NCBI GenBank assembly: GCA_051294905.1
Contig: CM119373.1
Location: 312,001-376,000, forward strand
DNA: 64,000 nucleotides
Origin: Botryllus schlosseri
Lineage: Eukaryota
Direction of reading: 5' to 3'
Numbering within the stretch: the stretch's first letter is position 1; each line of letters starts with the position of its first letter. Under the pieces are notes generated by a model. The model saw only the letters and a program-made list of their open reading frames with translations. It was not told the origin of the DNA and ran no database searches. A program made the position numbers and the translations under genes. This document shows positions 63,531 through 64,000 of this stretch, in pieces.

Positions 63531-64000
63531 CGTTTTAAAGCACGGTATAAATAATGCCTGATAAGTTGTGCAGTACTACGCATATCAATATATTCATATG
63601 TGCAAATTATATCTTAAACTGAAATAGCAATACTAATGTGTTGAACTAACTATAGGCCTACTACTAAAATAACTAAAACTATTGTAGAACTACTGTTCTA
63701 AAACCCGTTTGCATCTATCTCCAAAGCAATATCTCAGCGTGCAATTTCTAACAGTATCGCTACCGACTTACTAAACGAGTCTGCAGAAATGGACAGTCAA
63801 TAACTGCCATACAATAATCCCGATACGCAGTGAAACTCGGTCGACATGACAAGGCCGTTATAATATTCCCGACTTGAAGTAATTGTTATTTACTGGAATT
63901 GATTACGCTCTTCCGAACTGTGAAATTGGATTAACTTGAGTGTGGTGCGTATATCGCACAACACAAAACGATACAGTGGCGTGGATATCTGGGTCAGTGC

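Overview
Eukaryotic, AT-rich, intron-containing animal DNA, probably a marine invertebrate such as a tunicate (inference only). Most of the window is nested, decayed transposons: many hAT MITEs with verifiable 8-bp TSDs, two PIF/Harbinger elements, a TTAA-specific Kolobok carrying THAP and P2X7-tail-like genes, a decayed Gypsy LTR element with an env-like membrane ORF, L2/CR1 LINE fragments and MULE remnants. Two host-type genes were reconstructed by hand. (1) An intronless, ANTH-only HIP1/HIP1R-like copy (minus, 8321-7474) frameshifted by a 5-bp TA-GCC-TA transposon-type footprint. (2) A 7-exon plus-strand gene (40594-56265) encoding coiled-coil + ZU5 + UPA-like + two tandem death domains. 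All its introns are phase 1, DD1 has an in-frame TAA, and intron 5 holds a five-level transposon nest. No rRNA, tRNA or CRISPR was found. Family assignments come from motif recognition by eye, not database searches.
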